64,000 nucleotides of DNA from Styela clava (lineage: Eukaryota). Position numbers and translations under genes: made by a program. Of this stretch, positions 12,422 through 24,712 are shown one piece after another. The stretch covers positions 10,230,001 to 10,294,000 of the forward strand of contig NC_135258.1 of NCBI RefSeq assembly GCF_964204865.1. The letters are read 5' to 3'. Position 1 is the stretch's first letter; every line of letters starts with the position of its first letter. The notes below the pieces were generated by a model. That model made no database searches and was not told the origin of the DNA. It saw only the letters and a list, made by a program, of their open reading frames with translations.

Positions 12422-15400
12422 ATGGAGAAGTTCAGCGGAAAAGTGGTGATCATTACAGGTGAATTGAGATAGCTTTATGCGTTATAGTAATCTAAAATTA
12501 TTATTTCTCGACAAACTCAAGCAGTTTTTTAGAGTATAATTATTTGACGTAAATGGTGTTTTATAATAGGCAGTGCGAGTGGACTTGTGAAATGTTCTAA
12601 AACGTTAGGCACATGCTTCGAAGAAAATGGGAAAAGAGCATAAAACAGTATAATATTTGTCTTACTGATTTACAGTATTATTTAACGCGACACCATGATG
12701 CTCAGTTGCTCGCATGAGTTCGCCAAATTTGAACTTTTTTTTTAAGGCAAAAGATAGATTACGATGAATAATTATAGGCATACAGCAGAACTACAAACAA
12801 CTGAAATTTAATCGTTGTTTAACACATGGGCCAATATTTTTATAAATTGATCCAGATGCAAGATCACTCTTCCTAAATCATACCAGCTCATACATTAGAC
12901 TAGAGAGTTGGTTAATTTCGAAAACCTATACAAGCCTGCCGCTACAGGTATTTTTTTATTCGTTTTTATTTCTACAACAGGTGCATCAAGTGGAATAGGA
13001 GAGGCCACTGCCGTTGCCTTTTCAAAACAAGGGGCAAAATTAACAATTTGTGGAAGAAACAAAGAAAGACTAGAAGAAACTGCTAAAAAATGTAGAGATA
13101 ATGGCGCAGAGGTTTGTCAACTATGTGAACTATAATTCAAAGTACTAAAACAATGAACGTTATAAAAAAGTCGCTGATGAATTAGAGTAGAAACTAATCG
13201 ACTTAAAGTCAGTTCAACTTCTCTGCTCATAGTATAAAAATACCACAAAAGAACTATACCTTTGTTTGAAATGAAAATGACGAATTTTAGGTTTTACAAT
13301 TAGTTGGAGATCTATCAAAGTTTGAAGAATTGAAACCCGTGATCGATATAACAGTTAGCAAGTTTTCCAGAATTGATATCTTGATAAACAACGCGGGTCG
13401 CCTGGAACATTGTCCAATTTCTGAAGTAAGTTGTGCTTGTATCTTATAAAAAAAATTCGCAATGATATACGAATATAACAAATAATAGTTGCAATATGTT
13501 GCGCAAAAAGATTGATTTGAAAATAGGTGGTAACTGTAGATTCGAATAACTTTCAACCACCGAATTTTATAAGAATGTGCTTAATGCGCAGCACAAACAA
13601 TGTTATTTTACAATTCAATTTCCTGCATGATTCTATGATATTACGAGAATAAATCCAAAACGAAAAAGAACTCTGATCACATGATTTCGTGCCCAGCCCA
13701 GATATTTATTTTTGAATACAATTGTATATATTTATGGTTTCAAGCGAATTCTAATTTATCTGTTACATGAAATATTTCAATCACATTATGCAATAATATA
13801 TTGATTTTTAACAACATAAGATCCAGTGTTCTTCCTAAAATGGGTTAGATTAGAGATATTCCCAAATTTATGTCAAATAGTACAAAAGAAATTCAGACGG
13901 TGACTACAAATTATCTTCAACATTTCTAATTTATTTATTTATCATATTTTAGCTCCAGCTTGATTTATTTGAAGATTTGTTTGCGATTCTTGTTCGTGCA
14001 CCTGTTTTTCTTTGTAAATATGCATTGCCTCACCTTAAAGAGACAAAAGGTAAAATAACAATTTCATTCAACCAAAAACGTTGGAAGATTTTTTTCAGTA
14101 TTTGCTTGTATTTTTTAGGTTGCGTGGTCAATGTGTCAAGTATAGCAAGTCTCAAAACATTTCCTTTGACATTCAATGTGTCGTACGAAATGATTAAGGC
14201 AGCGTTAGACAATTTCACAAGAGGATTTTCAGCAGGTGTGTGGAATGAATAACGCTACCGTTCATTTGTGAACATGAAAAATCATCGCTATGTACAAAAT
14301 TCATGATAAAGTAAATAAAATCAATCTAAAAGCACAGGTATTATACCTTAGGCTTGAAAAAGTATATAACAACTTGTTGTTCGTTGAATGGTGGACCATA
14401 CTAATCACCGACGCATGAAAAGGTCATTAGCAAGTGTGGAACTGCGATAAATTATATTAAAACTGGTTAGTCATTGAGAAATAGCTTGTGGCTATTTAAC
14501 TAAATATTGCCCTGTAAAAAAACAAGTTATGGCGGTTCACAATTCTGAGAAATTCTAGTTTAACTCGGTTTAATATTATTAATTCGAAAAACAAAAAAAA
14601 ACAGTGAAATCTTACTAAGACGATAACAAGATTGTCACTACTATACTACTCAGAGTCATTCATTAAATAATTCCATTTAGGCATTAAATAATTTTTTTAT
14701 ATTTCTGCATTTTATCCAATTGTTTGCTTATTATCAATATTTTGTTTTTCAGAATGTGCTTCATATGGCGTTCGTGTTAACAGCATCAAGTAGGATATTT
14801 TTAAACGTATATATTTGAAAATATTTTTGAATTACCGTAATTTGTTTCAAAAACGAAAAAAAAAACAAGTCAGTCGTGCATGTTGAGATTGTGAATAGTT
14901 GAATTTTTCGGAGATTGTATTACAACCATAGTATGACGTCAGTAAACGGCATAAATCACGGTAAAAGTAATATCAGAATATTTAAAATATCTTAAAAACA
15001 GCCACATTTCCGAAATGGCGCGTAGCCCAATGAGTCAACTCTAATCCAAAGTTTAAAAATATGAATATTGAAATTAAAAAATCGAATTGCGTTTCTAACA
15101 TTATTTACCCAGCAATTATTTTAGTCATACATACGGAGTTATATTCATCAATATTGATAGAAGGAAATCTTGACCCACCCCATTCAATTTATCTTTTTCA
15201 ATTCAAACTGCTCTCATTTTTTGACCAAACAGTCCAGGTGTTGTGAAAACGAGACTTGTTGAAAATTTAAAATACACAAAAGAGCAACAAGAGAAGGTGA
15301 GTCACGTTGCTGTGATATCCACATAAGTTTATCGATATAAAGTGATTGCATGGAGTTGGCCTCGTTGCAACACTGAAAGTCTGCATGAGACTATTTATGG

Positions 15401-15920
15401 TGCCTTTTCTGAATGGTAGTATCATATTTATGTTCCATTTAACAGTCACTTGCATTATACTATACCTATGTAAATACTTAACCTGTATAAAGGAGAAAGC
15501 AGCTATACATCATGCCATAAATCGTTTCTAAACACATTTGACGAATCATTGAAATAAATGAATTGAAACTAGGTTGAAATCTAAATATTCACCAAATATT
15601 GCATGCATTGCATGCTTGTATTTTATATTGCATATTTTCAATAAATTTCCGATGAGGGTCGTGTAATATATTCGAATAATCGACATGCTTTTAACGGCGC
15701 ACCTGAGTGAAACACTAAACACATGAAAGAATAACAAAGAATGATATTATAAACATTATATATATTTATAATCTTTCAGATTATGGAAAATTTTAGTAAA
15801 ATTCACAAGCTCGGATTTATGGAACCAGAAACTATAGCTGATGGAATAGTATTTTTATGTTCTTCGTCTCACATTACTGGTATAATGCTGCCGGTAGACT
15901 CCGGATCTTTGAACGCTTGA
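12422..15920 (+). CDS. Classical SDR oxidoreductase, tandem copy 3; exons 12422-12458, 12981-13111, 13291-13425, 13953-14049, 14119-14235, 14753-14789, 15233-15296, 15780-15920 (252 aa)
   Basis: Same structure as copy 2 with an open spliced ORF; TGASSGIG, NNAG, YEMIK. Confidence 0.93.
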
Positions 15921-16722
15921 AACTAACTAATTTTCAAGTAGCAAATAAATACATACCATGTATTAAATAAAATATTAATTCCCAGTTTGTCTGCTTTTTA
16001 CCAGGATAGAACGACATTCTGTGTTTTATATGAGCAGGAACTTTCTCTACTGATTGAGTCACGCATTATAATTTTGCAACACTTGTATCAGCGTCGAGTC
16101 TTAAAATCCTAGGATGGCGCTGTGTAGGCTTGATCATTATAATGCAGCACTTGTATTAGAGTGAGGCGATTTCTGGTACTTGATCTTATCAACTCCCATG
16201 TGTGAAGCATAGATTCACATAAGAATGAAGAACCAAAAGCGTTAACAACAGCTCAAATATACGGTGCCTTAAAAACGTCGCGTCCCAAACTTGCCAGCGC
16301 AACCATATTTTTGCCATTAGATGCAGGGCAGAATAACTATAGTCTTTTTCTTTTTACTTCGAAAAATAGTTAACTTATTGTTAGATTGAATATAGGCCCG
16401 CCTTATGATAATTTTGTATTACTCAAATACCTTTGTGGCAATAGTTTGGACGGGTGAATAAAACAAAAACATTACCCGCGGATTGACGTATCGTACGGGT
16501 CGGTTGCTTTAATAGTCAGATAACGACGTAAAGCGGCACATTTTTCCAAACTTCACAATGGTCAGACACATTTTGGCGGAAATAAATACCATGGTTGCCC
16601 TGAAACATTCGGCAACATCAAGGTTGCGCGTTCAGAAAGGTCGGCGAGAATAATACCGTCAAACTTTACAATATTGCATTTGACATAACATGTAAATTAT
16701 CAAGAAAATACATAGCCTAATA

Positions 16723-18284
16723 CAGGGGTGGCCAACACGTCGATCGCCACGTCTCGAGTAGTCAGTCGATCGCGCTTGATGTTGAGTAAATTTAATAACA
16801 TACCCCAAAAAATTGCCTCGAACCAGTTACATACAGCGCCTGTTGTGTGTTTTAAAACACGAAGAATATAGTACTGTAAATGCACAAAATACGATATTCA
16901 CATGCATTAATTGGGTATGGACAAGCCCGATAGAGCATATTATTATGTGACCAATGCAAGTTTCACTACTGCCAAGTTTTAGGAATGAACGTACTGAATA
17001 CCATCTGTCTTGACTGACCAACGATCCTACAACAATTTCTGCAATGTGCTGTGTTATTGTTCCACTCCAGGAGTAGTGTGATAAATTTTATTCGCAACGT
17101 AGCAGTGGCATCAGAATGCCCAAGTTTTTCCCTAATTCCAAGCGACCAATCGGAATTGAAGAAAATAGTAAATTAGTAAATGTAATATTTATGGTTTGAG
17201 AATATTATTTATTCGTTTGTTTAGATAATACATGGATACTTTTTAAGGTTTTTTGATGAATTGAAAACACTTACGACTAACAATTAGACAGGCCCTAGAT
17301 CTGAATTGTATGCTTTTCGCAACGTAGCAGTGGCATCAGAATGCCCAAGTTTTTCCCTAATTCCAAGCGACCAATCGGAATTGAAGAAAATAGTAAATTA
17401 GTAAATGTAATATTTATGGTTTGAGAATATTATTTATTTATTTGTTTAGATAATACATGGATACTATTTAAGGTTTTTTGATGAATTGAAAACACTTACG
17501 ACTAACAATTAGACAGGCCCTAGATCTGAATTGTATGCTTCGAATAAATCTAAAATAAATAATGAAGCATTTACTCCATTACATAATCAAATTAACAAAT
17601 TGAATGGAGCATTAATATGCAAATTTTTGTCGCAATTCCATTGAGAATGCAACCGCAGAGCCGAGCTTATTGGCATTAGGGATGGCGGAATCGAGCCCGG
17701 ATTCGATTACAGAATCCATTATTCGCGGAATCGACTAGAACTGCACTGGAATTCCTTCACATATATGTATAAACTGCTTCACTGATAGGATGAGTTGCTA
17801 CTACGCCGCAAACTTCATTTTATATATATATATATATTCCGCTGGAAGGCTTTAACGTTTATTTATTTTGAAAATCTCTGTCGGTTCTGAAGGATTTTTT
17901 TGTGCGATTTTGTCTCCTGTGACAGAGATACCAATACTACTTAGTTTTGGCCTTCTTGTCCGTCCAAAATTTGAACATGGTGCTCTTGTTTGATTTCATA
18001 TGGTATTAGGTGGGTAGGTTTATTCGGTAAGATATGTCGAGGAATCGAGATTAGGAATCGCGAATCGAAAATTTAGAAATCGGATAAGAATCGAATACTT
18101 GTAAGTTGAGTACTTACTTGGCATTCTTAATTGGCAGCGGTGGAATTTTTGAATGCGTGTGTGCAGTTATCTGCGCATTCAGTATTCATTCATTTTTGTT
18201 CATGACTTTATTATCAATCAATCGATCGCGAGTTATTTTGAAGATTTTAGTCGATGGTGGTCGAAAGACGGTTGGCCACCCCTG
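16723..18284. mobile_element. Non-autonomous hAT transposon (third copy of the 2383-3774 element; nested GAATCG element at 17677-18129)
   Basis: TIR CAGGGGTGGCCAAC / GTTGGCCACCCCTG; TSD GCCTAATA. Confidence 0.88.
17091..17540. repeat. 225-bp tandem duplication inside the hAT element
   Basis: TTCGCAACGTAGCAGTGGCATCAG starts at 17091 and again at 17316; it is single-copy in unit 1. Confidence 0.9.
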
Positions 18285-19578
18285 GCCTAATATGTTGGAA
18301 TTTTTGCAGTATTATGATATAAGCAGATACCAAAAACGCCTGACATAAGTAGTGCATAAGTTTAAACAATAGCGCTGTTAGTTATTTGTGCCAATGTTTA
18401 TAAATACATTTGAAGTGGCATGATATTATGTTACACTATTTTATACCTTCAACATTCGGTACATCTCAGTACACTCCATCGATGTGGTACTACTGCCTTT
18501 GAAATTTTTGGTACACCTTGGGGTTGGGGTGTATTGTATACCCGATTGACGAGCACTGCTCTATATTCAATCAAGCCTTTAGAAAAATAAAAATTACTAT
18601 GAATGTTCAGTCCACTTACGTTCCACAGCTAGGGTTGACGTATCATGAATTAGGTCTCAGCACAGACAAAGCTCCTCGAGGCACGGCGATGTGTGACCAC
18701 TGCCTTTGTTTATTTGAATCTGTGAATATTCCGTTTCGTGAATAAGAACTAGGGATGCCAGTTATTCGAAAGCTTTCAATTATTCATCGTGGTGCAATAG
18801 AGCGTTGAAAGGGAATGGCAACAAGTGCGGCGATTTTCCAGTATATGGACAATAGGCGAAGCATTGTGTGTAAAGAAGGATATAACTGGTTGTAGTAGTA
18901 GAATGTTTTGTAGCTTACTTGCTATTGGGTCAAGGGTAGAACAAACGCAGTAATAACTAAATGTATATTTGTCAAGTAAAAACCTGGTCAAGTCGGCCTT
19001 ATTTGATTCGAGAGTTTCTTTTTTTTTTAGCAAAGTGAAAGTTTTGTATAGAGAAACACTTTTCTTCGCGTAATTGTCTTAAAGCACGCATATTAAACAT
19101 CTGCTCAATGTACCGAGTATTCCCAGCAGGGTTGCTTTTTGATGGGCTTTGTCTCTTTGATTTGAGCGCTAGTTCAGTAGTTACTTCGCCTTGAGCAAAA
19201 TTGTATAAAAAGTTGTTCGTTGCCATGCTTGTTCTGGCTTTAGTTATGGAAGACATGAGATTGAGAGAGTAACAATTGTTTTTGAAATCTTTCTGATACA
19301 ACATTATGGAATTCACGAGCCACCAGTCTATAAAGCTGGGCTGGTTACCTCGGGATTAGATTTACCCTTAATTGAGGAAAGGTGACATATGCTTCGGTGA
19401 ATATCATATCTGCGTAAAGCTAAGTCAGGGAAAGCCGAGAGTATGTCACGACAGCGATTGTTAACGGAATGCAGTCTAGCATGCATGCAAATCCTAATAA
19501 GTTATGGCACGCAAGTTAGACACACGATGTGTTTTCGCACCTAACTTTTTTTGTTTATTTTATTCATGTCTACGAAGG

Positions 19579-21315
19579 ATGAGTCGTTCAATAGTTTTAA
19601 GATTTATATCTTGGTATCAAAATTGTTTGATAATACCTTTGGTTCTGACGGCTATAATATTTGGCGCGTTTCTTCATCAATGGCTTGAAGAGGATATTGA
19701 TAGTCCTCTTGAGCTCACAGATGATATCCATTGGAATTATTCAGACAATTTATTTGTGGTCAAGAATGAAATAAAACTTGAACCAATGTCTGCACATGTC
19801 TTGAAGATATACGAGCACTTGTCAAACTTACAAAAATCAAGTGAGTGCCTTGCGTGTCAACCTGCAGGCGACAGAAGAACACTCTGTGATAAATATCCTG
19901 GAAGATATGGCTGTCCTTCCTACGTTATGATTTGGATTATAATTTCTAATAGACAGGGATATACAACGTTTACCTCGTCTGTTCTTCGAAAATATAACAA
20001 CATAGCGGAAAGTGATATTCATTTGTTGACCGACAGATCAGACGAGATTGACTTCAAAACTTTACAAGGATTGTATGGCAGCGGCGCCAAATACTTTAAT
20101 CCAATCGGCGTAAAGCCAGGTGGAACGATGATACAATATTTGCTTAATAAGTTCCTCATGTCTGAGTACAAATTGTTACTATTGCTGGAGGATGATATGA
20201 TTCTCTTGAAAGATTGGTTAAGTTTCATTGAAGAACATATCACGCACACAGACGGAATACTTTCACTTTATCATCCATCCGTGAACCATAGTTTTGCTTA
20301 TGATTGCGAAAATCAAAAAGGCGAATTATGTGTTGGAGAATCAACACAAAATTCTGGCTTTGTTTTGACAAAATCAATCGCTGAATCTTGGCTTTCAAAA
20401 ATTAATGACTCAAAGTCCCATTATGGATGGAATGAATTACTTGAACAGGATTCAATTGAGCTTTTTTACCCAGTAAAATCTCTCACTATGCACATTGGAC
20501 AACAGCATCAAGATAAAGAAAATTGTGGAACAAATGAAGTAGCGCACAGATTTAATCGTTGCGAATATCCATCATGGATAAAAGAACAAATTGAGTTTTA
20601 TTTTGACAGATGCACAAGTCCGGATGAAATTTATCCAGATGATCCAGACTCTATAGAATTTAAAACAAGAATGAAAAAAAGATTCTGGGTTCGTCCTGCG
20701 ATTTCTTATTCATTTTATGGATACAAAACAAGATATATTGCAATTGCTTTAGGAAACGCTGCTCGTGTATCGAGGATTTATCCTGGCTGGAAGATTTGGC
20801 TATACCATGATGATTCAGTACCAGATCCCTATTTACAGACTTTTTGTGAATATGATGCCAGATTTATTGATATGACCGGAACAAAGTTAATAAATCAAAT
20901 GTCTTGGCGCTTTTTGGTAGCTTCGGAGCCAGTTAAAAGGTGGGCGATTCGGGATATCGATTCTCACTTGTTACGAAGAGGAAAAGCAGCTGTAGATGAA
21001 TGGATTGTTTCAGGTAAAAAGTTCCATATTATTAAAGATCATCCCAATCATTCTAAGCATGCAATAAACGGCGGAAGTTGGGGAGGAAATTCCGAAGCTA
21101 TGCCTCATATGAGAGAAGAACTTGAAAAATATGTCATCACCAATGCTTACATGGAAGACATGAATTTTCTAAAAGATATCGTTTGGCCTGTTGCTGAAAA
21201 ATCAGCCTGGATAAACGATGCATACTCTATTCACATGTTTGGTGAAGACCATCCTTTCCCTACCAAATTAGAAGTTGACTGGTCTTTTGTATGTAATGTA
21301 ATTTTATATCCGTGA
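19579..21315 (+). CDS. Intronless type II membrane protein with a GT-A-like glycosyltransferase domain plus a C-terminal uncharacterised GT-like domain (578 aa from Met at 19579; the ORF extends upstream to 19504)
   Basis: Long uninterrupted ORF. N-terminal TM helix CLIIPLVLTAIIFGAFL; GT-A hallmarks ISNR..Y, IHLLTDRS, LLLEDD, P.KSLTMHIG. C-domain motifs ISYSFYG...YPGW...MSWRFL...RDIDS...AAVDEW..SGKKFHIIKDHPNH...INGGSWG. AATAAA near 21352. The Met at 19579 follows a pyrimidine tract and AG. Confidence 0.85.
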   Translation: MSRSIVLRFISWYQNCLIIPLVLTAIIFGAFLHQWLEEDIDSPLELTDDIHWNYSDNLFVVKNEIKLEPMSAHVLKIYEHLSNLQKSSECLACQPAGDRRTLCDKYPGRYGCPSYVMIWIIISNRQGYTTFTSSVLRKYNNIAESDIHLLTDRSDEIDFKTLQGLYGSGAKYFNPIGVKPGGTMIQYLLNKFLMSEYKLLLLLEDDMILLKDWLSFIEEHITHTDGILSLYHPSVNHSFAYDCENQKGELCVGESTQNSGFVLTKSIAESWLSKINDSKSHYGWNELLEQDSIELFYPVKSLTMHIGQQHQDKENCGTNEVAHRFNRCEYPSWIKEQIEFYFDRCTSPDEIYPDDPDSIEFKTRMKKRFWVRPAISYSFYGYKTRYIAIALGNAARVSRIYPGWKIWLYHDDSVPDPYLQTFCEYDARFIDMTGTKLINQMSWRFLVASEPVKRWAIRDIDSHLLRRGKAAVDEWIVSGKKFHIIKDHPNHSKHAINGGSWGGNSEAMPHMREELEKYVITNAYMEDMNFLKDIVWPVAEKSAWINDAYSIHMFGEDHPFPTKLEVDWSFVCNVILYP

Positions 21316-23065
21316 ATATGCACTATAATTTGACAATAGTAAAAAAAATATAATAAAGTAAACATTAAGTACGTTTACAATGCAACTTAAATAACTCCTC
21401 TCTATCCAAGAAGATAATACTACGTGTACAGCCTTGGATAGGACTTTTCAAGTCTTGGGTCACCAATTGAACCTGATATTTGAAAACTTCGAGGTCCAAA
21501 AATACTCTAATGTATTCCTAACATTTAACTTGGTTAAATGAACTTCCTATTTTATTAATTTGAATTTTATAAAAATTGTTCCCTTCCCTAATATTCGTGT
21601 AAATATCTTTCACTGTCAGTTGACGCCAGCTGTTTTTATTATTATCTAGTCTAGTTTCTGTGATTTTATCTTTTAATCGCTGATTTTTATATCCATTTTT
21701 ACTGTGTGTGTTTATAACAAGCGGTGGGCATAACAGTTGAGGGCTCAAATTTGTTTAGTTCAAACTGCACGAAGAACGAGGGGCGACTTTTTACAACTAA
21801 ATTTAAATATGGTTCTCTGAAAAAGTACGCTAAGACGATTCTATAAAGAAATAGATTTGTGGTAGTGTCCACCAAAACTTTAGCACATCGACTTATTTAG
21901 AAAATATAACCAGCCCTTAGGATGTTACGAAATAATATTCGGAAATTCGCACTAACACCAGCGTAAAAAAAAACTAGCACGGCACCCACCTCACGTGTGT
22001 CAACGGCACAAATTTGTGATCCCGGAAATTATTATAGGCATGCAAATTCTGTGCGAGACGAATGCAATACAGCAACTGCACCTCTACTGAATATTTTGCT
22101 GCATCTGTCATTTATAACTTCCAATATATACCGATAGAAATTTGTAGGAAAAGACACGACAAATGGAGCACTGTTCTCGATACGACGGTTTAATTGGTAA
22201 ATCATATGGCAGAACTCTATATCCTAGATCACCACTTAGGCCTTAGAAACTATCAACCACGATGTGTCCACCCAAATCCTGTTTAAAATTTCAACCTCAT
22301 CATTAACGAATAGAAAGTGACATTACATATCGTCACGCTAATAACCGAATCGCGTAAGTCATTTTTAGCAGTTTTGAGAAAAACTTTCTAATGATATTGT
22401 TATGCCATTGAGAGTCAATAATTTGCCATGGTTCAATTTTTTGATCATAGCCGGATTTAAGTTAATTTGTATGACGTAGTTGAGTGACGTCAAAATGGCG
22501 CACTGTGACTTAGGCAGAAATGTGTCTATGACTTGGGGACATACGCAATTTTGCAACTTCACTATATGCACCAGTCCTGAAAACTAAAAATTCCGAAAAC
22601 GAATGTAATTCTCAGTATCCACAATGTCTAATCCCCAAAATAGCTAATCAGTTTCAATTACATTATTTTTTATGTTTAAAAATATATATTTCGTCAATAA
22701 AACACGTTCTGCACACCCACCGAAATAAGACTGAGATTAAATACAAAGAATAAAACAGCGATGCACCCAATATAAAAGTTAACCAAGGTGAATTGGACTC
22801 GGACAATGAATATCACAAGTGCACTCCTTCCTATACCGAAGTATAAATTCAAATTAATACGCGCTAAGCTAGAATCCGAGATGCAAAAACTCGAAAATAC
22901 TTCGCCGAGGTTATTTTGTCTTTGTTACGTCACAATAGTGCTGCGTTACCTATGATAATTCATTATGACGAAAAGTTCGAAACGAGCGAGTTCGAAAACT
23001 GTGATAAATTATAGTCTGGTGACGCCCCAAAGGTGAGGGTGCAGATCCGATGCGCATTCATCATA

Positions 23066-23403
23066 CCGTGTTTCCCCGGAAATAAGACTGGGTCTTATTT
23101 CAATTTTCCTCCGAAAAATAACACTAGGGCTTATTTTCGGGGGAGGTCTTATATTTTCATTTATCAAAAACAACATTACAAAGTAGGGAATTATGATATT
23201 TCCAAATATACAAAATATGAAAACCGATATCCATTTACTTACAAATACATTAACACGTTTTTACTTCAAATAACTGCAAAACATAGATTATTCATCGTTT
23301 AAATCGTGTAGGAGAGATGCTTGCTATCGACTAGGTTAAAAAAAGTTCGCGGTAAGGACTAGGCCTTATTTTAAGGGGAGGGCTTATTTTCGGGGAAATA
23401 CGG
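23066..23403. mobile_element. Tc1/mariner-pogo (Tigger-like) MITE
   Basis: TIR CCGTGTTTCCCCGGAAATAAG / CTTATTTTCGGGGAAATACGG flanked by TA on both sides. Confidence 0.85.
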
Positions 23404-23515
23404 TATGTAAAATTCACCATTCTCATAGGATATTGACTTCAAGGCTTGAAGATTTTTCAAATTTACCGAAGGCAAAGGTAAGTCTGGTTGATGATATAGT
23501 GGAGAAAGCCGTAAA

Positions 23516-24318
23516 CAGTGGTTCTTAACTTTTGTGAGCCTGTCGAACCCCTACGCTCTTCTGCAAGCTTTCGTCGAACCTCATCGTAGAAAGCGGTTTC
23601 ATAAAGAGAAAGCTAATTTTATGCCAGGCTATAGAAAATGATTATTATGGTGTGACTTTATATCTCAATGCATGTGTAAAATGTAATTTTGTAGAAACGG
23701 AAGATAATATTATGCATCAAAAACCTTTGGTAGCTCAAATAGGCGTTTTAATGCATTGTATTGTAGAAATAGAGATATCATATATCGTCTCATCTCCATA
23801 TTGAAGTTGTCCAGAACAGATGTTCATGATTTTAAGCAACCATAGTACTTGAAATTCAAAAACGCCTTGATTTTATATTCATTCAGGTACATTTACTTTT
23901 CTACTTATCCGTAAAACTGAGTTACATAATTAGATATAATAATATGTCGTTCACGCAAATATTTAGCTTTAAACCTATAGTTTGTCATAAATCTATATCT
24001 ATAGGTATTTTGTGCTCAAAAGCAGAAAGCGCCATCATTGAGAAGTACACCAAGCGCATAACATATGTGGCCATGTACTTGAATCCACTGTAGAACAGTC
24101 TTTGACAGATCCCCTAAAAGGCATATTTACCATCTACGCACAGCAGCTACACACGTCTAAGCTATTTTATGAGTTGTTCAAACGTGTAAACTCGTATATC
24201 AGTGATAAACTACATATTGGTTTCATGATATAAAACTGTTTCGAATGACCTTCGTCGAACCCCTAGTGCAGCTCCACCGAACTCAGGGGTTCGATCGAAC
24301 CCGGGTTAAGAAACACTG
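23516..24318. mobile_element. Non-autonomous hAT transposon
   Basis: TIR CAGTGGTTCTTAAC / GTTAAGAAACACTG; subterminal TCGAACCC repeats; imperfect TSD (CCGTAAA / CCGTAAC). Confidence 0.78.
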
Positions 24319-24712
24319 CCGTAACAGATCAGTTTTTATATGAATCACCCTACGAACTGTAATTCGAAGGCCTCGACCTCATCGTGGTCAACGAAACCGA
24401 GTGCTGCTTTCGTATATACTTGATTCCAACAAAATTTGCCACCTGCTCAACATATTGTCAAGCTTGATATGGACGATTCAAAATAGCTACTAAACGTTCT
24501 TAGAAACAAGTTTGATATTTTATCTAGATTCAATCCGGAGCTAAGCTCAACACAGACAGACACCCTATACATGCAGTCTGAACACGGCTGTATGCTACAA
24601 CTTTCATTTTATGGTTTCGGTTTGTTGCAACTTTGAGACAATTTTTCGTATTGAAATTTTAAATTTTTCATTATATAGATTATAGAGGATTGTTCAAGTT
24701 TGCATGAACAAA

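Larger units (their letters stand above)
1..18601 (+). repeat. Tandem segmental duplication array of an SDR gene unit (~6.3-8.1 kb per unit); junctions at ~4089, ~12193 and ~18601
   Basis: Near-identical exons, introns and spacers recur. SDR stop codons fall at 1582, 7870 and 15920. The spacer end AAAAATTACTATG recurs, ending at 4089, 12193 and 18601, after which homology stops. Confidence 0.95.

Noticed and set aside
713-18745. Many recurring 60-120 aa ORFs in the array
   Set aside because: They are intronic, antisense or transposon-derived and recur only because the DNA is duplicated; stops and frames are not conserved between units.
19504-19578. N-terminal 25 aa of the 603-aa ORF
   Set aside because: Phe-rich sequence is probably a polypyrimidine tract ending in AG. 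The paralogue's start aligns better with the Met at 19579.
19579-21315. Bacterial contamination as the source of the intronless ORFs
   Set aside because: Embedded among spliced host genes and host MITEs, similar AT-rich composition, with a polyA signal and a locally duplicated paralogue.
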